In this document: positions 1-7,508 of the stretch, piece after piece
How positions within the stretch are numbered: position 1 is the stretch's first letter
Layout: the number at the start of each line of letters is the position of its first letter
NCBI GenBank assembly: GCA_013824585.1
Contig: PNOB01000003.1
Location: 1-36,759, forward strand
DNA from: Desulfobacterium sp.
GTDB taxonomy: Bacteria; Desulfobacterota; Desulfobacteria; Desulfobacterales; SURF-7
DNA: 36,759 bases
Direction of reading: 5' to 3'
Position numbers and translations under genes: made by a program
Notes under the pieces: model-generated
The model's database searches: none
Told to the model about the DNA's origin: nothing
What the model saw: the letters and a program-made list of their open reading frames with translations, nothing else

Positions 1-819
1 ATGCGGTGTCGCGGTCATCAGCAGGAAGTGCCGGGTAAGGGTTGACAGGAGTTGTCCGAGCCGGTAGCGTTTGGTGTATTTTGCTTCATTGCCGAATACC
101 GTAGCCGACATTTTGTGTGCCTCGTCACAGACAATCAGATCCCATCTGCAATCCGGGGCCTGTAGTTTCTGTTGCACATCTTCATTGCGAGAGAGTTTGT
201 CCAGGCGGGCAATGATCAGGTTTGTTTCCAGAAACCAGTTGCCGGTGCGTGCAGCTTCGAGCTTATCGTTTGTGAGAATCTCAAACGGCAAGGAAAATCG
301 GCGGTAGAGTTCATCCTGCCACTGTTCAGCAAGACTGCCTGGGCATACGATTAAGCAGCGCTGGAGATCACCACGGGCAATCAGTTCCTTGATAAACAGG
401 CCGGCCATGATTGTTTTACCTGCACCAGGGTCGTCAGCCAGAAGGAAACGGAGCGGCTGCCGGGGGAGCATTTCCTCGTAGACTGCGGTGATCTGATGGG
501 GCAGGGGATCAACCAGTGAGGTGTGGACTGCCAGCACCGGGTCGAACAGATGGGCAAGATGGATACGATGCGCTTCGGAAACCAGCCGGAACATGGACCC
601 GTCACCATCAAAGCTCCATGGCTGTCCTTGTTCGACCAGATCCAGCCGCTGTTCATCACTGCGGTAGAGCAGTTCGTTGGCTACCCTGCCATTTGGTGCT
701 TTATAAGTCAGCTCCAGCGCCTCGGAACCATACCACTGAATATTGACGACAGTGACCAGGCAGTCAGGCAGGAGCCCGCGTATGGACGCGTTTGGTTCAA
801 GGTCTTCGAGTCGAATCAT
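1..819 (-). CDS. SNF2/RapA-family helicase, N-terminal 273 aa (runs off the left edge); type associated with DUF499/DUF1156 restriction-like or DISARM-like defence loci
   Basis: Manual translation from the ATG at 819 (AGGA SD upstream) is open to position 1: MIRLEDLEPNASIRGLLP...PLPHQITAVYEEMLPRQPLRFLLADDPGAGKTIMAGL (Q motif and Walker A), IVCPGSLAEQWQDEL (motif Ia), LIVCDEAHK (Walker B), LLMTATPH (motif III). Confidence 0.9.
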   Translation of the reverse strand, partial: MIRLEDLEPNASIRGLLPDCLVTVVNIQWYGSEALELTYKAPNGRVANELLYRSDEQRLDLVEQGQPWSFDGDGSMFRLVSEAHRIHLAHLFDPVLAVHTSLVDPLPHQITAVYEEMLPRQPLRFLLADDPGAGKTIMAGLFIKELIARGDLQRCLIVCPGSLAEQWQDELYRRFSLPFEILTNDKLEAARTGNWFLETNLIIARLDKLSRNEDVQQKLQAPDCRWDLIVCDEAHKMSATVFGNEAKYTKRYRLGQLLSTLTRHFLLMTATPH

Positions 820-942
820 TTTTTGTCCTGTGATAACAATATTAAAATGGGGGTATGATCTTATTTTATTATGATTGGCAATTACTTCAAAAAAACGCAA
901 CAGATTTTTTCCGGCGTAATAAAAACTGTTGAGCATACAAAT

Positions 943-971
943 CTGGATGCCGGATATAAGTCCGGCAAGAC
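943..971. repeat. REP-like palindromic element (single copy)
   Basis: CTGGA-TGCCGGA-tataag-TCCGGCA-AGAC has a 7-bp perfect stem (948-954/961-967) in an intergenic region and resembles GTCATGCCGGACTTGATCCGGCATCCAG-type extragenic palindromes. Confidence 0.45.
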
Positions 972-1064
972 CGAAAATTTTGGACAATCAAGTTATTCAA
1001 ATACATCAATCATTGAGTATTCTAATTCCCGAATTCTGACAGCCCGAATCTGAAAAGTTTTCCC

Positions 1065-1093
1065 TTGACAAGGAACGAAGTATTCTTTACTAT
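1065..1093 (+). promoter_or_regulatory. sigma70 promoter of tetR
   Basis: TTGACA (1065-1070), 17-nt spacer, TACTAT (1088-1093). Confidence 0.75.
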
Positions 1094-1094
1094 C

Positions 1095-1114
1095 CGGACT
1101 GAACGTTCATTCCG
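1095..1114. promoter_or_regulatory. Putative TetR operator 1 (autoregulatory)
   Basis: CGGACTGAACGTTCATTCCG is an 18/20 palindrome over the predicted transcription start; a related copy lies at 1753-1770. Confidence 0.75.
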
Positions 1115-1170
1115 CATTAAAATGCGGGTAAAGATTTTAACGGATGAAATCGTTTTTGGGAGTAGTCGAT

Positions 1171-1728
1171 TTGGACAAGCGTGAAGATATTTTGCAGGCT
1201 GCTCTGGAGTTGTTTGCAGAGAGGGGTTATCATGGTACGGCTGTGTCCCTGATCGCCGAGAAGGCCAAGGTGGGGAGTGGGACTATATACCGCTATTTCC
1301 AGGATAAGGAGCAGTTGGTCAACGAGCTCTATCGTTACTGGAAAACAGAGGTGGCCAAGGCTGTGAAAGAGGACTTGGCGGATAATTTGCCCCTGCGAAC
1401 TCTATTCCATGAAACCTGGAGCCGTTGGGTGGAATTTGCCATGAAAAACCGTGCGGCCTATTCGTTTCTCATCGCGCATCATCACGCCCCTTATCTGGAT
1501 CAGGCCAGTGTGGCAATCAACGAGAAGATCCATGGAGAGTATCGAATTTTTTTTGAAATCGGGCGACAGGAGCAGATTATCAAAGATATCAATCCGGAAC
1601 TGATCATGGCCATCGTGACCGGTATATTTTCGGAAATGATGCGGGAATACTGGGCCGGTCATTTGCAGCTTACACCAGAACTCATTGATCAGGCCGAAGA
1701 AGCCTGTTGGCATGCCATTCGGCGGTAA
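1171..1728 (+). CDS. TetR/AcrR family transcriptional regulator
   Basis: N-terminal HTH signature REDILQAALELFAERGYHGTAVSLIAEKAKVGSGTIYRYF; TTG at 1171 has a GGGAG SD (the alternative ATG at 1144 lacks one). Confidence 0.93.
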   Translation: MDKREDILQAALELFAERGYHGTAVSLIAEKAKVGSGTIYRYFQDKEQLVNELYRYWKTEVAKAVKEDLADNLPLRTLFHETWSRWVEFAMKNRAAYSFLIAHHHAPYLDQASVAINEKIHGEYRIFFEIGRQEQIIKDINPELIMAIVTGIFSEMMREYWAGHLQLTPELIDQAEEACWHAIRR

Positions 1729-1752
1729 CAGGTTGATTTTTTATTGTGAAAC

Positions 1753-1770
1753 GGAATGAATATTCATTCC
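1753..1770. promoter_or_regulatory. Putative TetR operator 2
   Basis: Perfect 18-bp palindrome GGAATGAATATTCATTCC just upstream of the GAGGGGGAG SD and ATG at 1788. Confidence 0.75.
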
Positions 1771-1787
1771 TGAAAAGAGGGGGAGTA

Positions 1788-2283
1788 ATGAACACTCGCA
1801 GGTATTTTCGGAACCTATCCACCCTTATGGGCTTTTTATCCGGAAAGTGCTCTGAAATCATCGACTTTTCCGAATGAAGCAACCTATGCCCAGGCGCGAC
1901 AATATGCAGTGGAATTGATGGTGCAGGTGAGTTCGGGAAATGCTTTTGAGTTCAGTCGTGAAGTAAGCTTCGGCGATGTCAAGAAAAACCTGGCGCCGAT
2001 CTGGTTCAGTAAAATGATCACCGATGAGCATAGCATTGACAGGGAACGCTGCCAACACTGCGGCACCTGTGCGGAACTCTGTCCCACCGGCGCCATTGAT
2101 CCGGAAAAAGGAGCGGTAAACAAGGAGGTTTGTGTGGACTGCATGGGCTGCATTAACAACTGTCCGGCCCAGGCTGTACGCATGGTTTACTGGGGCAAAC
2201 CGCTTGTCGGATATCATGATTTTTTGCGTCAACAAGGAATCGCCGTAAAGGAACCGAAAGAAATCGTTCATGGAGAATCATGA
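1788..2283 (+). pseudogene. Internally deleted/frameshifted flavodoxin-ferredoxin (EFR1-like) gene; 2x[4Fe-4S] domain retained
   Basis: A strong SD and ATG at 1788 give MNTRRYF (Tat-like start), but this frame closes near 1877. The +1 frame is open from ~1795 with no start codon until GTG 1909 and encodes GTYPPLW...PNEATYAQARQYA...CQHCGTCAELCP...CVDCMGCINNCP. Confidence 0.6.
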
Positions 2284-2299
2284 ACATCGGAGGATGGAG

Positions 2300-2401
2300 A
2301 TGTTGAGATATTACGCAAAACAAGGTGAAATCCCCAAAATGGGAGAAATCTGGGTGCCGATGGGGCAGAAAAGACATCTACGGAAGGAAATGAAATCATG
2401 A
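2300..2401 (+). CDS. 33-aa small ORF or gene remnant, translationally coupled to the downstream oxidoreductase
   Basis: GGAGG SD 6 nt upstream of ATG 2300; MLRYYAKQGEIPKMGEIWVPMGQKRHLRKEMKS*; stop overlaps the next start (ATGA, 2398-2401). Confidence 0.35.
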   Translation: MLRYYAKQGEIPKMGEIWVPMGQKRHLRKEMKS

Positions 2402-3831
2402 AAGTATTATTTCTATGCGGAAGCCCGAGAAAGAAGGAGAGCTCAAGTTATGCGGTCGCCCGGTATCTTTCCTATTTTCTTGATGTTGATTATGAATTCG
2501 TGGATGTAGCCCAGGCCAATTTGTCCTACGATGCTGCCGAAACTGAACTTGAATTTGCCGGAATCGTCCAAAAAATGAACAATGCTCAAGTGATCATTTG
2601 GACCTTTGGCGCCATTTGCTGGCATGCGCCCATACACCTCAAACTGTTTTGGGACAAACTTTTTGCTCAAAACCAGACTTTTGAGGGCAAAATCGCACTT
2701 ACGCTTATGTCTGGCGCTCATTTCCTGGATGACTATATCCTCGACCGCGTTAAATACATCAGCGAACAGTTAGGCTTTGGTTATCTGGGAGATGTCTCAG
2801 CCGACGGATTGCCCGGCGGCTATGCCGATTATGAAACAACCGAAAACTCCTGCCGTGTGTTGGCGCAACAGATCAATCAAGCCTTGGCAACCGGTTATGT
2901 TCCTTACCGGGAGAGCACTTATATTAAGCGGGAATATCTGTCAGCATTGCATTTCGGATCCGGATTCCAGGTTGATGACGCGGCTGCGCCAAAGGAAGGG
3001 GACAAACGACTGCTGGTCATCACCGGACCTGGTATTGAAAGGAATCCGGCCGCGGCATCCATCTATGAAACCATTCGGCGAATTTCACAAAATGAGGTGG
3101 AACTGGTTGAAATTGAAAAAGCCGGCATTCAGGCTTGTCGCTTGAACTATCAATGTTTGTTAAAGGAAAACATCAGCTGTGTCCAACAGGATGCATTCGA
3201 AGATATAAAACACAAAATGAAAATGGCGGACGGAATTATCTATATCGGACATTGCACATCAGCCTTCGTGGACGCCCACCTGCAGGCCTTCATTACGCGT
3301 ACCGGCTCCATGCTGACAATGCCCCAACTCAAGGGAAAATACGGCTTTGTCGTAGCCACCGGCGGCGGGCCGCTGGGTCGGTATGCCGCCGGTCATCTGG
3401 ATAAGCTATTGCGGCGCTATGGGATTACCAGCCTGGCAGCCCTGACTGATGGTGATCAGAATACCAAGGATTTTCCGGCAACGCTTCAATGGGCGGTCCG
3501 CAATCTCGATCAAGCCCTGGCGGAAAAATGGCGGATGGCGGATCGTTTCACCTATCGCGCGGAACACTATTTCATGCGGGAGAACGCGGCCAAATTCGGA
3601 ATGGTATTCCGAGGACTGTATGGATTTCATCACCGGGAGAAATTGTTCGATTTTCCCCACTACTGGATAACCAAAGTCTTATGGTTTGTTTTCAGAAGCG
3701 AGAAATTGATCGGTTTGCTGATGGCCTGGATCGAAAAGATAACGATTCGGCAACGGAAGAAGCGGATGAAGCACGATCTGGAGCGTTATGGCACAGGTAA
3801 AGGCCGGGAGGTAACAAGTGTCATATTGTAA
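2398..3831 (+). CDS. NAD(P)H-dependent oxidoreductase with tandem flavodoxin-like (FMN_red / iron-sulfur flavoprotein) domains
   Basis: N-terminal MKVLFLCGSPRK FMN-binding start; second domain with CRLNYQC..C motif, ADGIIY and LKGKYGFVVATGGG. Confidence 0.75.
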   Translation: MKVLFLCGSPRKKESSSYAVARYLSYFLDVDYEFVDVAQANLSYDAAETELEFAGIVQKMNNAQVIIWTFGAICWHAPIHLKLFWDKLFAQNQTFEGKIALTLMSGAHFLDDYILDRVKYISEQLGFGYLGDVSADGLPGGYADYETTENSCRVLAQQINQALATGYVPYRESTYIKREYLSALHFGSGFQVDDAAAPKEGDKRLLVITGPGIERNPAAASIYETIRRISQNEVELVEIEKAGIQACRLNYQCLLKENISCVQQDAFEDIKHKMKMADGIIYIGHCTSAFVDAHLQAFITRTGSMLTMPQLKGKYGFVVATGGGPLGRYAAGHLDKLLRRYGITSLAALTDGDQNTKDFPATLQWAVRNLDQALAEKWRMADRFTYRAEHYFMRENAAKFGMVFRGLYGFHHREKLFDFPHYWITKVLWFVFRSEKLIGLLMAWIEKITIRQRKKRMKHDLERYGTGKGREVTSVIL

Positions 3832-5017
3832 TACACGAAGATGGAAACCGAAGATCCAAATGGGGGTAAGGTTTTTTTTCATCATCGTTTGTATCAGTAT
3901 CATCCACGTTTCCATAGTAACGGGGTGTCGTAATGTTAATAAGGACAACATGAAAGTGAACGATATGACAACAAGTCAAAAACAAATGGAAAACAGTATT
4001 TCCTTTGACAATCCAGTGCCCACGAACATCAGTAAACCCGGATCTTTATGGAGCACAGTGTGGGATTTCGTTTCCGGTGATGAAATCCGAGAGCCGGTTA
4101 ATCCCCTGGGGCCTTTTGAGGTAGATCTCCGGGTATCGGAACCTCCCGCGTCCGAGGGGCTCAAGGTTTGTTGGATCGGTCATTCCACGGTCATCATTGA
4201 CATCGATGGGTTGAGGTTTTTAACCGATCCCATATGGAGCCGCAGGTGCTCGCCGGTTGACATGATCGGACCGCGGCGTTTTTTCGATCCGCCGGCTGCC
4301 CTGGATCAGGTCAAGTTTGTGGACGGCGTGATCATCTCCCATGATCACTACGACCACCTTGACGAAGCAACTATTCGGCGGTTGGGGGAAAGGGACATTA
4401 TTTTTTATGTACCTATGGGAGTGGGGTCGCATCTGCGGTCGTGGGGGATCCCGGAAAAAAAGATCCGCGAACACCATTGGTGGGAAGGCACCCGCATCGG
4501 CTTTGATCACCAACTGGTCGCTACGCCGGCCCGGCATTTTTCCGGGCGCGGTATATTCGACCGCAACAAGACCTTATGGGCTTCCTGGGTGATTACGGGG
4601 AAAACGCACCGCGTTTTTTTCGGCGGTGACGGCGGTTTTTTCCAGGGAATGAAAACCATCGGTGAATTGTACGGTCCTTTTGACATGACTTTGCTGGAGA
4701 TCGGCGCCTATCATCCTGGTTGGGGAGAGATCCATCTGGGACCAAAGAATGCTGTCAAAGCTCATTCTGCCGTTCGCGGGAAAGTACTCATGCCCATCCA
4801 TTGGGGTACCTTCAAACTGGCGCTGCATACATGGACCGCACCGGCTGAGGAAGTGATTCAATACGCAAAAACTGGCGGCCTTCCGCTGTTGATGCCGAGG
4901 CCTGGAAGGATGGTTGAATTGCCTGAAGCCCCCCTGATATCCAGGTGGTGGGAAGAACCGGAAGAGAATCGTCAACTCGCTGACGCGGGCCTGGATTCAT
5001 TCTCCTATGCCAAGTAA
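3818..5017 (+). CDS. MBL-fold metallo-hydrolase (NAPE-PLD/RomA-like), probable lipoprotein
   Basis: WIGHST, TDPIWS, ISHDHYDHLD (HxHxDH), PARHFSGRG, FGGDGG, PIHWGTF; GGAGGT SD before GTG 3818; hydrophobic stretch ending in IVTGC (lipobox-like). Confidence 0.88.
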   Translation: MSYCNTRRWKPKIQMGVRFFFIIVCISIIHVSIVTGCRNVNKDNMKVNDMTTSQKQMENSISFDNPVPTNISKPGSLWSTVWDFVSGDEIREPVNPLGPFEVDLRVSEPPASEGLKVCWIGHSTVIIDIDGLRFLTDPIWSRRCSPVDMIGPRRFFDPPAALDQVKFVDGVIISHDHYDHLDEATIRRLGERDIIFYVPMGVGSHLRSWGIPEKKIREHHWWEGTRIGFDHQLVATPARHFSGRGIFDRNKTLWASWVITGKTHRVFFGGDGGFFQGMKTIGELYGPFDMTLLEIGAYHPGWGEIHLGPKNAVKAHSAVRGKVLMPIHWGTFKLALHTWTAPAEEVIQYAKTGGLPLLMPRPGRMVELPEAPLISRWWEEPEENRQLADAGLDSFSYAK

Positions 5018-5032
5018 TGATATCCTTAGCGC

Positions 5033-6352
5033 CTAATCCTGCATCACGCAGGCATGATCTGAATCCTGCATATTGAGGCGGACAGATTTAAATTTTTCCT
5101 CCTGTGCCAGAAATGCATCCACTACTTCCGGTGCAAAATGTTTGCCTCTGGCTTTTAAAATCATTTCTTTGACTTTTTCGTGGGAATAGGAATCCTTATA
5201 AACCCTTTTGGATGTCAGTGCATCGTAAACATCTGCCAGGGCGATGAGTCTTGCAGATAAAGGGATGGCTTCCCCTTTGAGGCCTTCCGGATACCCGCTT
5301 CCATCCCATTTTTCATGATGATAAAAAGCGATTTCCCGTCCAATGGTAAGGAAAGACTGTCCTTTGGTTTCCAACTCAATCAGTTCGATCGCTTCTCCGC
5401 CTAGTCTGGCATGGCTCTTCATGATTTCAAATTCTTCAGGAGTGAGTCTGGCCGGCTTCAGCAGGATGGAATCCGGTATGCCTACCTTGCCGATATCATG
5501 TAAAATGGAAGAGTTGAAAACATCATCAATATATTCATTGGTTATGTAATCTTTGTAGTCCGGTAGATCAGACAAGGCTTCTGCAAGGATTTTACTGTAT
5601 TCCCTCATTCTTTCCAGATGCAGACCCGTATCCATATCCCGGTATTCAGCCAGTTTCGCAAGCCCAAGTATGGTCGCGCCACGGGCTGCCTGAAGTTTTT
5701 TATCTGCTTCAATCAATTTTCTTTCCATGATTCTTTTTTCAGTGACATCGCGTGCAATCCCCCTGAAACCGGCCGGGTTACTTTTTGAGTCTCTGAAGAG
5801 GGCAATGGAAGCTTCTATAATTCGATTTGAACCATTTTTGTTCACATACTCCACTTCAAAAAGTGAATTGGGCCTTCCGGTTTTAAAAACCGTTTTGGCT
5901 TCTATAAGAATTTTTTTCAAATTTTTTTCATCGATAAACTCTTTTTGATTTCGGCCTAACAGTTCATTACTGGAAAGACCTAATATCCTGCAGAATGAAT
6001 CGTTAAAAAAGGTGACATTTCCATCCAGGTCTACCTCATAGTATCCTTCCTCAATGCTTTCCAGGATCGATCGGTATTTTTCTTCGCTTTCACGCAGAGC
6101 GCTTTCAGCTTTTTTCCGGTTGTTGATCGTATATTGAACATGGGATCCAAATATGAGAAAAAGACACAGAACAATGACACGGGAATAAATATCATACAGG
6201 TTGGCACCGAACAGATTTTCGGAAAAACTGAAACCAGGGGACAGAAAGATATGCATGAACGATTCAATGAACCAGAACGCTACGGATAGACTGATTCCGA
6301 TCAGGATCATGGAATCCCTTTCAAAGGGATTGATTTTGGTCGCTTCTTTCAT
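5033..6352 (-). CDS. Membrane-anchored PAS + HD-GYP c-di-GMP phosphodiesterase
   Basis: Two N-terminal TM segments; PAS domain (SEEKYRSILESIEEGYYEVDLDG...RDVTE); LHDIGK, HHEKWDGSGYP, ADVYDAL; ATG at 6352 has an AAGGAG SD (ORF track start 6391). Confidence 0.9.
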   Translation of the reverse strand: MKEATKINPFERDSMILIGISLSVAFWFIESFMHIFLSPGFSFSENLFGANLYDIYSRVIVLCLFLIFGSHVQYTINNRKKAESALRESEEKYRSILESIEEGYYEVDLDGNVTFFNDSFCRILGLSSNELLGRNQKEFIDEKNLKKILIEAKTVFKTGRPNSLFEVEYVNKNGSNRIIEASIALFRDSKSNPAGFRGIARDVTEKRIMERKLIEADKKLQAARGATILGLAKLAEYRDMDTGLHLERMREYSKILAEALSDLPDYKDYITNEYIDDVFNSSILHDIGKVGIPDSILLKPARLTPEEFEIMKSHARLGGEAIELIELETKGQSFLTIGREIAFYHHEKWDGSGYPEGLKGEAIPLSARLIALADVYDALTSKRVYKDSYSHEKVKEMILKARGKHFAPEVVDAFLAQEEKFKSVRLNMQDSDHACVMQD

Positions 6353-6455
6353 CAATTTCACTCCTTTTCCATCCGGAAGACAATCAGACACCTGTTATAC
6401 AATCAGGTGGTTGGTTCAAATGAATGGCTTACTATACAGAAACATTATGGATTAT

Positions 6456-7433
6456 TCAACCTGTATCGGATTTTGAAATCATCATTTTAACAATGTCCGA
6501 ATTTTTTCTCTGTGATTTTTTTTTATTTATTTCAACAGTCACATGGGACAGACGGTGAAATCGGCATAAAGCTGTTTTATAGTCTTCCGGAACCGCGTCT
6601 GTATGCGATGTCAGTGAAATAATGGCGCTATATTGTCCCTGACCCAATCGCCATAGGTGCAGATCATCCACCGAAGCAGCTCCGATCGATTCGACGGTCT
6701 CCCGGATATCCTGAAGCATATGGTTGTCACTGTTGTGGTCGAGCAGTACCTTGCCGGTTTCTTTCAGTAAGCCGACTGACCAGCGGCTGATCATCAGAGC
6801 CCCTGCAATACCCATAACCGGATCCAGAAATGTCCATCCGAAAGTCATTCCGAAAAACAGTGCGACAATAGCCAGAATCGATGTCAAGGCATCGGCCAGC
6901 ACATGGATATAAGCTGCACGAAGATTGTGGTCATGGTCATGTTCATGATGGTGATGCTCCGGATCTTCTCTGAGTATAAATGCGCAGATCACATTAACCC
7001 CCAGCCCGACAACAGCTACAATCAAAGCCTCGTTAAAGCGGATGGAGCGGGGTTCGAACAGACGATGGATGGATTCATACGCCATGAAAAATGCGATAAA
7101 GGCAAGGAGAAGTGCACTGCTGTAACCAGCAAGGTCGTTGATCTTGCCGGTTCCGAATGAAAAATTGGAATTGCTTTTATGTTTTTTTACAAAATAATAT
7201 GCCATGGCCGTGATGCCCATGGCTGAGGCGTGACTGGCCATGTGCCAACCATCAGCCAGAAGGGCCATGGAACCGAAAAGAATTCCGGAAATGATCTCCA
7301 CAACCATGGTGGTGACGGTCAGGATGATCACGAACCAGGTTCGGCGTTCATTGGCATGATGGGAATCGGACAGGAAATCGTGGCCATGCGGACAAGTAAA
7401 AGAGGGCCTTTGTGGAAACATCATGATGAACAA
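6456..7433 (-). CDS. dmeF: CDF family Co/Ni efflux transporter (DmeF-like)
   Basis: ERRTWFVI, GSMALLADGWHMASHA, His-rich loop HHHHEHDHDHNLRAAYIHVLADALTS, DLHLW, HVTVE; exact start uncertain (7424-7433). Confidence 0.88.
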   Translation of the reverse strand: MFIMMFPQRPSFTCPHGHDFLSDSHHANERRTWFVIILTVTTMVVEIISGILFGSMALLADGWHMASHASAMGITAMAYYFVKKHKSNSNFSFGTGKINDLAGYSSALLLAFIAFFMAYESIHRLFEPRSIRFNEALIVAVVGLGVNVICAFILREDPEHHHHEHDHDHNLRAAYIHVLADALTSILAIVALFFGMTFGWTFLDPVMGIAGALMISRWSVGLLKETGKVLLDHNSDNHMLQDIRETVESIGAASVDDLHLWRLGQGQYSAIISLTSHTDAVPEDYKTALCRFHRLSHVTVEINKKKSQRKNSDIVKMMISKSDTG

Positions 7434-7454
7434 TCTCTATGTCTTGTTTTGTGA

Positions 7455-7486
7455 GACAGACAATCCCGGCAAAGGGATTGTCTGTC
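7455..7486 (-). terminator. Stem-loop, probable terminator of the lipoprotein gene
   Basis: GACAGACAATCCC-ggcaaa-GGGATTGTCTGTC, a 13-bp perfect stem 23 nt after the stop at 7509; no clear U-tract on the minus strand. Confidence 0.55.
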
Positions 7487-7508
7487 CATTAACCTGCAAG
7501 CGCCTGGA

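Noticed and set aside
848-857. GGGGGTAT tract resembling a CsoR/RcnR operator
   Set aside because: Only a half-site, and far from the CDF gene
71-858. Plus-strand ORFs 71-307, 172-354, 516-746 and 523-858, and minus-strand ORF 381-659
   Set aside because: Antisense or off-frame shadows of the SNF2 helicase gene on the minus strand
871-1053. 60-aa ORF in the helicase-tetR intergenic region
   Set aside because: No SD or recognisable motif; it spans a palindromic element and AT-rich regulatory DNA
1788-1950. Selenocysteine readthrough of the TGA near 1875
   Set aside because: The readthrough frame has no recognisable domain and stops again soon; the conserved ferredoxin sequence is in a different frame
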